A stretch of DNA of 64,000 nucleotides from an uncultured delta proteobacterium. GTDB lineage: Bacteria; Myxococcota_A; Polyangia; Polyangiales; Polyangiaceae. Within the stretch, counting starts at the first letter, position 1, and each line of letters starts with the position of its first letter. Under the pieces are notes generated by a model. It did not search any database. It was not told the DNA's origin and worked only from the letters and a program-made list of their open reading frames with translations. The stretch is from NCBI GenBank assembly GCA_963806225.1, contig CAWDXG010000001.1, positions 1,920,001 to 1,984,000 of the forward strand, in the 5' to 3' direction. This document shows positions 31,135 to 39,656 of this stretch, piece by piece. The translations under genes were made by a program, and so were the position numbers.

Positions 31135-33621
31135 TCAATGGATGGCGAAGCTCTTCGCGACGGTGACCGGGCTGCCGGAAAATGGCGGGACTTTCGCGCC
31201 GCGGAAGAGCCGGGCGACGCAGCCGCCCACGGCGGTGCCTGCGAAGTCGCCGGTGACGACCGCATTGGTCGCCCGCCCGCTGGGCATGAAGGTCACGGTC
31301 ACCCGTCCTGTTCCAGGCGAGGTATCGGGCTGCTTGCACGACGCGGCCGAGCCGGCCGCGCCCGCCAGGGCACTGGCTGCAGCGCCCTGGTTGAAAGGCG
31401 GGGCAGCGGGCGTGCTGCTGGCGGCAGGCGCGGCGCTGGCGCTCGGAGCGGGTTTGGCGGACGCGCGGGCCGCGGCGGTCGGCGCACCGGCCGGGCTGTT
31501 CCCGGTCGCGGGCGCCCTGGTCGAGTCGGGAAAGGTCCCGGACGGTCTGGCGGCGGGTGCGGTTGCGGCCGCCGCCGCACCCGCGGACGCGCTCCCGGTG
31601 GGTGCGGCGCTTTCGGCGGGTGCAGCGCTTTCAGCGGGTGCAGCGCTTTCAGCGGGTGCGGCCGGCGCAGCTGTCGGTGCGGGTGCGGCTGCACCCGGGA
31701 AGAGCGCGCTCCAGAGCTGTGGCGGATAGCGGAAGTGATAGCTGGCAAAGGCGCCGGCTCCGAGCAGCAGCACGACGAGCACGAACCAGAGCGCTCCCGA
31801 GCCGCCCTTCGAAGGTTCTTCGACCTCTTCTGCCGGAGCGGGCAGTGGCGCCGCGGCCTGCGGCGCGCTCGGCGGCGGCGCGGCCTGCAGCAGCGGTGCG
31901 CTGAAGTCCGGCGCCGTCAGAGCGCTCGCCTGTTCGTCTAGAGCGGGTCGCTGTGGAGGCAGGCCGAACAGATCTTCCGAGGACGGGGCGGGCTCGTGCG
32001 GAGCGTTCTCGTTCATCAGCGCGTCGAGGGAGAACAGGACCGAGCTCTCGTTCCGCGCTCCAGTCGGTTTGCCGTCGATCGAGGAGGCACTGGGCATGGG
32101 AGCGCGCGCCGGCGCTTCGCCGTCGGCCGTCGGCGCGGGGCCTGTCGGCCCGGGGGCGGCGCGCGGCTCCAGGGGCGCGCCCGCAGCGGGGCGCGGCGCC
32201 GCCTTGTGGCCCAGCAATCCGCCTTCCGCCGAGAACATGGGCGACGGCGCGCTCACCGTCACGTCGTCGTTGGGGCTGCCTGCGGCATAGTCCGAAAACG
32301 CGGACCGCATCACGGTCACGTCTTCGGACCCGATGTCGTCGGGCTCGCCGCCGTCGTCGGAGTACGCGCTCTGGCCCGCCATCGGTGCCGGCGGCGGCTC
32401 GGTGGGGAGCGAGTGCCGCGCGGCTTCACGTGCCTCTGCAGCGCGCAGCAGCTCGGCCGCTTGCGGCGCAGCCATGCTCACGGTGACGTCGTCGAAACCG
32501 ACGTCGTCGATATCGACTCCAGGCGCGACCGGGGGCTCGTTCCAGCTGCCGGGCTCGTGCCAGACGCCGTCGGCCTTCGCGCCGTGGAGTGGAGAGTCTG
32601 CCACGACCGTGGCTTGATCCGCGCTCTCGCTGCCCGGATACATTCCGCGCGCTTCCAGCTCGCGGGCAATCTTCGGGATCTCGAACGGCGTGGCCCAATC
32701 GTCCATGCCGTCCTTCCAGATGAACGTGTCCTCGTCGATCGTGCCCGAACTGTAGAGGGCCACTACCTCATCGGTGTCCATCTCCTCGTGCTGCTCGTCC
32801 GTGACCGCAACCGTCCACTCGGGCTCCCGACCCGAGACGGGAGCTGGCTCCGGGACGGACGCTGGCGCGGGCGCGGGATCGGGCCGTGGCACGCCGACGC
32901 CGGCAGCGGGCGCCGGCTTCGCGCTCCGGTCTGCGAAGTTCGTGCTGCCCGGTGCAGCTTCGATGCCGCCGATGATGGTGCGCTTGGCGGCGCTGCGCTG
33001 GGCGCGAGGCTTCAATCCCGCCGGCGCGATCCCGCTACCGATGGCTGCGTCTGGCTTCGTCGCGCTCCCGGTGGGTGCTCGGGCAGCCGCGGGTGCGGGA
33101 CCCGCCGGTGACGCAGCCGTCGGTGGCGCAGGGGCGGCGCCGATCGCCGGCAGCGGGACGCCCAGCATCGTCTGCTTGGCGGAAGAGCGCGCGGCGCGTG
33201 TGCCGACTGCCGGTTTCTTCTGCTCCGGGGGCGCTGCGGCAGGCTGGGTGGCAGCGGGTTTCGCCACGGAAGGGGTGACCTTCGCCGAGGCGGTCGCCGG
33301 TGACGGTTTCGCAGCGGTTGAAGGCGTCGTCGAGCTGGCTGCTGGCGTCTTCGGAGCCGGCGTTGGTGTCGCCTCCGCAGGGGGCGGCGCCTTCGGAGCC
33401 GGCGTTGGTGTCGCCTTCGCAGGCCGCGGCGCCGCCGCTGGCGTGCCGGCCTTGGACGGAGCTGCAGCGGGCTTGGCTGCTGCGGTTCCGGTCGCCAGAT
33501 GCGTGCCGTCCACGAGGATGGCTGCCCCGCAGTGCTTGCACTTGATCCGGGCCTTCTTCCCACGGACCTTCTGATCCGGGATGGCGTATTTCGCGGGGCA
33601 GTTGCCGCAGGAGACGTTCAT
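31135..33621 (-). CDS. Zinc-ribbon (MJ0042) + GYF_2 + TM + TonB-C-like protein (AgmX/GltJ-like)
   Basis: 'CGNCPAKYAIPDQKV...IKCKHCG'; GYF_2 'GTIDEDTFIWKDGMDDW'; TM 'LWFVLVVLLLGAGAFA'; C-terminal 'GRVTVTFMPSGRATNAVV..GTAVGGCVARLFRGAKVPPFSG'. Confidence 0.8.
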   Translation of the reverse strand: MNVSCGNCPAKYAIPDQKVRGKKARIKCKHCGAAILVDGTHLATGTAAAKPAAAPSKAGTPAAAPRPAKATPTPAPKAPPPAEATPTPAPKTPAASSTTPSTAAKPSPATASAKVTPSVAKPAATQPAAAPPEQKKPAVGTRAARSSAKQTMLGVPLPAIGAAPAPPTAASPAGPAPAAARAPTGSATKPDAAIGSGIAPAGLKPRAQRSAAKRTIIGGIEAAPGSTNFADRSAKPAPAAGVGVPRPDPAPAPASVPEPAPVSGREPEWTVAVTDEQHEEMDTDEVVALYSSGTIDEDTFIWKDGMDDWATPFEIPKIARELEARGMYPGSESADQATVVADSPLHGAKADGVWHEPGSWNEPPVAPGVDIDDVGFDDVTVSMAAPQAAELLRAAEAREAARHSLPTEPPPAPMAGQSAYSDDGGEPDDIGSEDVTVMRSAFSDYAAGSPNDDVTVSAPSPMFSAEGGLLGHKAAPRPAAGAPLEPRAAPGPTGPAPTADGEAPARAPMPSASSIDGKPTGARNESSVLFSLDALMNENAPHEPAPSSEDLFGLPPQRPALDEQASALTAPDFSAPLLQAAPPPSAPQAAAPLPAPAEEVEEPSKGGSGALWFVLVVLLLGAGAFASYHFRYPPQLWSALFPGAAAPAPTAAPAAPAESAAPAESAAPAESAAPTGSASAGAAAAATAPAARPSGTFPDSTRAPATGNSPAGAPTAAARASAKPAPSASAAPAASSTPAAPPFNQGAAASALAGAAGSAASCKQPDTSPGTGRVTVTFMPSGRATNAVVTGDFAGTAVGGCVARLFRGAKVPPFSGSPVTVAKSFAIH

Positions 33622-33922
33622 GTTCTTGTGCAGTCGACCCGCGGGCCGGCAGCGCGTCGCACCGCTCGCGGGTGTCGAGCCATTATCGCTCGGGAACGCT
33701 GGATTTCATTGCATTTTCGTGCCGAGCGCAAGAGGTGAAGCGGAACCCCCGCAGCTCCCCGCAACAAACCCTGTCGTAGCGTAACGTTGTACTCTGGTCT
33801 TCCCGCTTCTCCAGCGACGGATTGGCGTCGCGTTGCGGTACGCTCGTCGCCCATGCGGCGCGTGCATCTGCGAGTCGAGGCCCCCCCTTTCGCGGAGCCG
33901 CGAGTGTCCGGGCTGGTGGCAG

Positions 33923-36187
33923 ATGGGTAGTCGGGACAGCTCGTCCCGGACGGGGAGCATCAGCGGCTGGGAGCGAGCAGCCAGGTGGTTCCGGCAGCGA
34001 TACCTGTCGGTCGATCCGCGCTGGCTCGGCGTGTTCCGGATCCTGCTCGGCACGCTCCTGATTGTCGACCTGCTGCGCCGTTGGCTCGACATCCGCGCGT
34101 TCTACACGAACGACGGCATCCTGCCGAACCACTACTCGCTGTACCGCCCCATGGGCGCGTACCTGTTCTCGCTCTACCACGCATTTTCAACGTTCGGCGA
34201 GGTGAACGTCGCGTTCGCGTTGACGCTCGTCATCTACGTCCTGTTCGCCGCCGGCTACCGCACGAAGCTCTTCCACATCCTGTCGGCGCTCTGCATCACG
34301 AGCCTCAACTCGCGGAATCTCTTCGTGCAGAACGGCGGCACGGTCGTGGTCAACATCATCACGATCTGGACGCTGTTTCTGCCGCTGGGGCGTCGCATCT
34401 CGGTGGATGCGGTGCTCCGCTCGCTCCGTGAGCATCCCGAGCACAATGCCGCCGGGCTCAACGATCGGAGCTACCGCGACGCGACCCGTTTCGTGTCGCT
34501 GGTGGTGCTGGCGCTGATCCTGCAGTGGAGCTGTATCTACTTCTTCAACACGGTCCACAAGACCGGGCACGGTTGGAAGAACGGGAGTGCGATCTACTGG
34601 TTCTGGCAGCAGGATCGCATCGTTACCTGGTTTTCCATCTGGGCGCGCAACCACGTGCCGATGTCGGTCGTCCACGCGATGACGCACGGCACCCTGGTCG
34701 TCGAGGGGACGCTCGCATTCATCCTGCTGGTGCCGTTCTTCCAGAAGTGGACGCGCCGCATCGCGCTCTTGCTCGCGCTCATGCTGCATGGGGGCATCGC
34801 GTTGAGCGCGCGGCTCGGGCCGTTCTCGTACGTGATGGTGTCGTTTTTCGTCCTGCTCCTCGGAAACGACGACTGGAAGCTTGTCGGTCGCTGGTTCGGG
34901 CGCCCGCAGCGCGCGCGAACCGTCATCTACGATGCCGACTGTGGGATCTGCCTGCAGGTGTGCCGGATCCTCGCGCGCTTCGACCCCTTCGCTCGTCTGC
35001 ACTTCGTCGAGAACAGCGACGCGGAGCAGATACCGGACAGCGTGGACGCGGCGCTCCTCGACCACACCGTGGTCGCCCTGGATCCCTCCGGGCGGGTGCA
35101 CATCGAAGAGCGCGCGGTCTTCGAAATCGTGCGGGCGCTTCCGTTCGGTATCCTGGCGGTGTTCTGGATGCGGTTGCCCGGGCTGTCGTCGCTGGCCCGG
35201 CACTTCTACCGCCGCGTCGCCGACAACCGGATGCGGATCTCGGCCTGGTTCGGTCTCGGCGTCTGCGGGGTGCCCGACGCGGGGGGCGCGCTCGTGGCCA
35301 GCGCGGTCAGCGCGGTCAGTGCGGGCGGCGCCGGCGACGACGACGAAAGCTCCGGGAACGAGGTGCCCGCTCGGCGCCGTTCGGTCGCCGACGAGCAGCC
35401 CGACGAGGACGACGACGAGCAGCCCGACGAGGACGACGACGAGCAGCCCGACGAGGACGACGACGAGCAGCCCGACGAGGACGACGACGAGCAGCCCGAC
35501 GAGGACGACGACGAGCAGCCCGACGAGGACGACGACGAGCAGCCCGACGAGGACGGGTCGAGCGGCGGAGCGGCCGACGAGGAGCCGGAGTCCAGGTTTC
35601 GTGACGAGCTGGCAGCCACTCTGGGCTTCCTCCGCGAGACGCTGGTCGTCGTGCTCGCCGTCGCGGTCGGCTCGCAGCTCTGTGTCGAGAACGCCTTCGT
35701 GCGGCAGTTCTTCACGATACGCCAGCCGCAGTGGATGGCGGAGGTTGTGGCCTACCCGCGCATCTTCCAGGGCTGGAGCATGTTTGCTCCGGAGCCGCCG
35801 TACGACGACGGGCACCTCGTCGTGGACGGTCGCACTGTCGACGGCAGGAAGCTGGATCCGCTCACAGGCAAGCCGCCCGACTTCGACCCCTACGCGCCGA
35901 ATGGGTGGGGACTTTCGCAGCTCTGGTGCGACTACGAAAACCGCATCCGCTTCGCTGCGAACGCCGGCCAACGCCAGTTCCTTCGTAGCTACCTGCTGAA
36001 TCTGTACCGGTACGAGGGCCGACCGCAGGATCGACTGGTCGCTTTCGACGTGTGGTGGGTCCAGGACAAGTCCCCGCCGCCCGGGCAGAAGCGCGGCCAG
36101 CCGCTGCCGCCCCTGGACCTCCTGTCGTATGGCCGGGTGACCGACTCCGGCGCCACTCCGTGGCTCCAGCCGCAGGGCAATCAGTGA
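33923..36187 (+). CDS. HTTM-domain membrane protein fused to a DCC1/DUF393 thiol-disulfide oxidoreductase-like domain and a C-terminal SdpA/DUF5819-like domain (paralog 1)
   Basis: 'LGVFRILLG', 'LPLGRRISVD', 'IYFFNTVHK...WKNG', 'LHGGI..LGPFSY'; 'IYDADCGICLQVC'; 'FYRRVADNR'; 'QGWSMFAPEP'. Confidence 0.8.
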   Translation: MGSRDSSSRTGSISGWERAARWFRQRYLSVDPRWLGVFRILLGTLLIVDLLRRWLDIRAFYTNDGILPNHYSLYRPMGAYLFSLYHAFSTFGEVNVAFALTLVIYVLFAAGYRTKLFHILSALCITSLNSRNLFVQNGGTVVVNIITIWTLFLPLGRRISVDAVLRSLREHPEHNAAGLNDRSYRDATRFVSLVVLALILQWSCIYFFNTVHKTGHGWKNGSAIYWFWQQDRIVTWFSIWARNHVPMSVVHAMTHGTLVVEGTLAFILLVPFFQKWTRRIALLLALMLHGGIALSARLGPFSYVMVSFFVLLLGNDDWKLVGRWFGRPQRARTVIYDADCGICLQVCRILARFDPFARLHFVENSDAEQIPDSVDAALLDHTVVALDPSGRVHIEERAVFEIVRALPFGILAVFWMRLPGLSSLARHFYRRVADNRMRISAWFGLGVCGVPDAGGALVASAVSAVSAGGAGDDDESSGNEVPARRRSVADEQPDEDDDEQPDEDDDEQPDEDDDEQPDEDDDEQPDEDDDEQPDEDDDEQPDEDGSSGGAADEEPESRFRDELAATLGFLRETLVVVLAVAVGSQLCVENAFVRQFFTIRQPQWMAEVVAYPRIFQGWSMFAPEPPYDDGHLVVDGRTVDGRKLDPLTGKPPDFDPYAPNGWGLSQLWCDYENRIRFAANAGQRQFLRSYLLNLYRYEGRPQDRLVAFDVWWVQDKSPPPGQKRGQPLPPLDLLSYGRVTDSGATPWLQPQGNQ
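35390..35554 (+). repeat. 24-bp perfect tandem repeat, ~6.9 copies (DEQPDEDD)
   Basis: gacgagcagcccgacgaggacgac repeated. Confidence 0.95.
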
Positions 36188-38127
36188 CGGCGGAGAGCGG
36201 CACGGAAGCGAATCGAGCGGGCTTTCGGGACGGGCTCGTCGCGTTCTGGCGCTGGCTCTCGAGCACCTACGCGACGGCAGATCCGCGCTCGTTGGGTCTA
36301 TTCCGCATCGCGCTCGGCGCGCTCCTGTTCGAGGACGTGGCGCGCCGGCTGCCCGATCTGGACGCCCACTACACGAACGCCGGCTGGCTGAAGAACCACT
36401 TCGCGCTCTACCGCCCCATGAGCGGTCACCAGTTCTCCCTGTACTTCGCGTTCAGCACGCCGGGGGAAGTCCGGGTGCTGATCGCGATCCATCTCCTCGT
36501 CTGCGTGCTGCTCCTGATCGGCTGGCAGACGCGTGTGATGCAGGTGCTCTCGGCGGTGCTCATCATCAGCCTGAACACCCGCAACATCATGTTGGAGAAC
36601 GGCGGCTGGGTGGTCCTCGGCCTGCTCACGGTCTGGAGCATGTTCCTGCCGCTCGGTCGCCGCTTCAGCGTCGACGCGCTCCGCCGCTCCCTGAAGGCCC
36701 GTCGCGAGGGGACCGCTGAAGCGCTCAACGACCCTGCGCCAGGCGACTCCCAGCCTGTCGTCTCGCTGGCCATCACGGCCCTCATCGCGCAGTGGTTCGT
36801 CATCTACTACTTCAACGTGGTCCAGAAGACGGGCCAGCCGTGGCACGACGGCTCGGCGGTCTGGTACTTCTTCCAGCAGGACCGCATGGTGACGCCGTTC
36901 GGGGTGTGGGTGCGGAGCCTCATGCCGATGGTCGGCTTCAAGCTGATGACCTATTCGGCGCTGGTCATCGAGAGCAGCATCGCGTTCTTGATCATTGCTC
37001 CCATCGCGACGCGCTACACGCGGATGCTGGCGTGGCTCCTGGTCTGTGCGCTGCACCTGTCGATCGATGCGGTCGTGCAGCTCGGGCCCTTCTCGTACGC
37101 GATGGTCACCATGTTCTTCGTGCTCATTCCGCGCGAGGCCTGGGACGCGCTCGAGCGCCGCATGCGGCGGAAGAAACAGCCGCGCCGGCTCTACTTCGAC
37201 CCGGACGACGGCTTCTCCCTCGGCGTGTGCCGCTGGGTCAAACGCTTCGACCCGCTTTCGCTCGTTGAATTCGTGCCTGCTCACGGGGTCGACGACCCCG
37301 CGCCACTGTCGGTCGGCGACGAGACCGGCGCCCGGCGCTGGACCGGTTCCGAGGCGCTGGTGCACCTGTTCGACGCGCTGCCGCTGCCGGGGCTCGTGCT
37401 GTGGGCGCGCCTGCCAGGTGTGCGCAGCGCGGTCGACCGCCGGATCGAGCGGGCGGTGGAACGAAGGCCGCGGCTGGCGGCGTTCTTCGGCGTCGAGGAC
37501 CTGCCGGGCACCGACACTGGCCCGCCGGGACCTGCTTCGGGAGCGCGGCGTCTCGTCACGCGCGCGGCCCACGGCTTCGGGACGCTGTGCGTGGCGTTCT
37601 TGATCGTTGCGACCGGTAGCGAGGTGCTGGTCGAGAACCCGGCGGTCCCCAAGCGGTTGAAGCCGGAGCATCGCCCCGAATGGATGGTCGCCACGGTGGT
37701 CTACCCGCGGCTCTTCCAGGGCTGGAGGATGTTCGCGCCGGCGCCGCCGAACTGGGACGGGCGTATGGTCGTCGACGGACGCACCGTCGACGGGCGCAAG
37801 CTCGACCCGCTGACGGGCAGGGCGCCGAGCTTCGAGGTCCAGCCGAAGGGCGGTTTCCGCATGGACCAGCTCTGGGGCGACTTCCACCGCCGTATCGGCA
37901 ATCAACGCTTCTCGGCGTATCTCGGCGGAGTGCGCGAATACCTGCTGGACCACTGGGCGCTGACCGGGCACCCGGACAACCGCCTGGTCGCATTCGACGT
38001 GTGGTACGTCTCGCAGAGGATCGCGCCACCGGGTGAGCCACGGCCTCCCGTCCAGCTGAGGAAGCTCCTGTCGTACGGCGTGGTGAGGGACTCCGGCGCG
38101 CCCGGTCGGCAGAAGCCGCCGCGGTAG
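36184..38127 (+). CDS. Second HTTM + degenerate DCC + SdpA/DUF5819-like fusion protein (paralog 2)
   Basis: GTGA overlap with paralog 1; 'LGLFRIALG', 'IYYFNVVQK...WHDG', 'LHLSI..LGPFSY', 'YFDPDDGFSLGVC', 'QGWRMFAPAP'. Confidence 0.8.
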   Translation: MTAESGTEANRAGFRDGLVAFWRWLSSTYATADPRSLGLFRIALGALLFEDVARRLPDLDAHYTNAGWLKNHFALYRPMSGHQFSLYFAFSTPGEVRVLIAIHLLVCVLLLIGWQTRVMQVLSAVLIISLNTRNIMLENGGWVVLGLLTVWSMFLPLGRRFSVDALRRSLKARREGTAEALNDPAPGDSQPVVSLAITALIAQWFVIYYFNVVQKTGQPWHDGSAVWYFFQQDRMVTPFGVWVRSLMPMVGFKLMTYSALVIESSIAFLIIAPIATRYTRMLAWLLVCALHLSIDAVVQLGPFSYAMVTMFFVLIPREAWDALERRMRRKKQPRRLYFDPDDGFSLGVCRWVKRFDPLSLVEFVPAHGVDDPAPLSVGDETGARRWTGSEALVHLFDALPLPGLVLWARLPGVRSAVDRRIERAVERRPRLAAFFGVEDLPGTDTGPPGPASGARRLVTRAAHGFGTLCVAFLIVATGSEVLVENPAVPKRLKPEHRPEWMVATVVYPRLFQGWRMFAPAPPNWDGRMVVDGRTVDGRKLDPLTGRAPSFEVQPKGGFRMDQLWGDFHRRIGNQRFSAYLGGVREYLLDHWALTGHPDNRLVAFDVWYVSQRIAPPGEPRPPVQLRKLLSYGVVRDSGAPGRQKPPR

Positions 38128-38128
38128 A

Positions 38129-38563
38129 CTAGCGCCGCCGGCGCTTGCCGGACTTGAGCTCGACCCTGCGCTGCGTTTCGTCCCCGGCGCCGACGGCCCG
38201 CGCGCGCTCGAGCGTGTCTGCTGCGGCCTCGGCGACCGCCGCGGACAGTGCGTGCAGGCCGTCGTTGCGGTGGACGTACGTGCCGAGGTTGCTGGCCCGG
38301 AGTCGCGTATCGACATCCTCCGCGTGGCCGAAGAAGACCGCGCAGGACACGCGATTTTCCGCTAGAAGCCAGCCTGCGAGGGAAATGCCGTTTCCGTCGG
38401 GCAGGATGTCGCTGAAGACCCCGCAGTCGAATCGGCCGGGACGCAGGTTGGCTCCGGCGGCGTCGCCCACCACGGTCACACGGTAGTCGCGACGCTCCAG
38501 TATGGCTGCGATGGCCCGGGCGACAGCCCGGACAGGCTCGACGACTAGGACCCTTGAAGGCAT
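38129..38563 (-). CDS. Atypical stand-alone receiver-domain protein
   Basis: 'RVLVVEP', 'YRVTVV', 'FDCGVFSDILPDGNGISL'; CheY-like pattern with degenerate acidic pocket. Confidence 0.65.
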   Translation of the reverse strand: MPSRVLVVEPVRAVARAIAAILERRDYRVTVVGDAAGANLRPGRFDCGVFSDILPDGNGISLAGWLLAENRVSCAVFFGHAEDVDTRLRASNLGTYVHRNDGLHALSAAVAEAAADTLERARAVGAGDETQRRVELKSGKRRRR

Positions 38564-38630
38564 ATGCGCGCGTCATTATAGCGCAAACGCCTGGGCTTCG
38601 CTTTGCCGATCATCAATCGCCGCCCGGCGC

Positions 38631-39656
38631 CTAGACCGTCAGGGCGACGAACTCGGCACCGGTCGGGATGCTCATCAGGTCTTCCAGCAGTCCGGGTGCC
38701 GTCCCGCCTTCGTAGAGCAGGTGATACACCGCCCGTACGATCGGAAGGTCGAGCCCCTTGCGCGTGGCAAAACCGTGGACGGCGCCCGTGGTCTTCACGC
38801 CTTCCGCGACCATCTGCATGTGGTCCTGGATCTGTTGGAGCGACTCGCCCTGGGCGAGCCGCGTTCCGACCTGGTGATTGCGCGACAGCGCAGACGAGCA
38901 CGTCGCGATCAGATCACCGATGCCGGCCATGCCGCCGAAGGTCAGGACCTCGGCGCCCATGGCGACGCCGAGACGAGCCATTTCACTCAGCCCCCGCGTC
39001 AGGAGCAGGGCCTTGCTGTTCTCGCCCAGTCCGAGGCCCGTCACCACGCCCGCGGCCAGCGCCACGATGTTCTTGAACGCACCTCCGACCTCGGCGCCGA
39101 TGACGTCCTGCCCCCAGTAGACCCGGAAGTAGTCGCTGGAGAGTGCGGCGTGGGCGCGCCGGAACACCTCGTCGTAGCGCGAAGCGATGAGCGTTCCGGC
39201 GGGTTGGCGCTGGGCCAGCTCCTTGGCCAGGTTCGGTCCCGCGAGTACGCCGATCTTCCGCAGGCAGGTCTCCTCGACCAGTACTTCGCTCATGCGCTTG
39301 AAGCTTTCCTGCTCGATGCCCTTGGTCGCATGGACCACGACGTGCTCTCCGCTCACGAAAGCGCCAAGCTCGTAGGCGAGCTTGCGCAGCCCGTGCGAAG
39401 GCACCACGAGCAGCATCAACTTGCACGTCTCGCACACACGCTCGAGGTCGTGTGTGGCTTCCACGCACGGCGCGAGCTCGGCACCGGGCAGGTAGTCCCG
39501 GTTTTCCCTGGAGTCGTTGATCTCGCGGCAGAGATCTGCACGTCGGGCCCAGAGCAGCGTCCGCTGGCCGTTGTCGCCGAGGATCTTCGCCAGCGTCGTA
39601 CCCCAGCTGCCGGCACCGATCACGGCCACCGACTCGTCGCGATCGCAGCCGCTCAT
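38631..39656 (-). CDS. gpsA: NAD(P)H-dependent glycerol-3-phosphate dehydrogenase
   Basis: 'VIGAGSWGTTLA', 'ATKGIE', 'GPNLAKE', 'GGAFKNIVA', 'GIGDLIATC...SRN', 'VAEGV'. Confidence 0.95.
   Translation of the reverse strand: MSGCDRDESVAVIGAGSWGTTLAKILGDNGQRTLLWARRADLCREINDSRENRDYLPGAELAPCVEATHDLERVCETCKLMLLVVPSHGLRKLAYELGAFVSGEHVVVHATKGIEQESFKRMSEVLVEETCLRKIGVLAGPNLAKELAQRQPAGTLIASRYDEVFRRAHAALSSDYFRVYWGQDVIGAEVGGAFKNIVALAAGVVTGLGLGENSKALLLTRGLSEMARLGVAMGAEVLTFGGMAGIGDLIATCSSALSRNHQVGTRLAQGESLQQIQDHMQMVAEGVKTTGAVHGFATRKGLDLPIVRAVYHLLYEGGTAPGLLEDLMSIPTGAEFVALTV

Noticed and set aside
33700..33713. TGG...TTGCA as a sigma-54 promoter for the HTTM pair
   Set aside because: GG-GC spacing is 8 nt rather than the required 10
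35390..35554. 24-bp repeats (also the 18- and 27-bp ones) as a CRISPR array
   Set aside because: No unique spacers, units are in-frame coding repeats, and there are no cas genes
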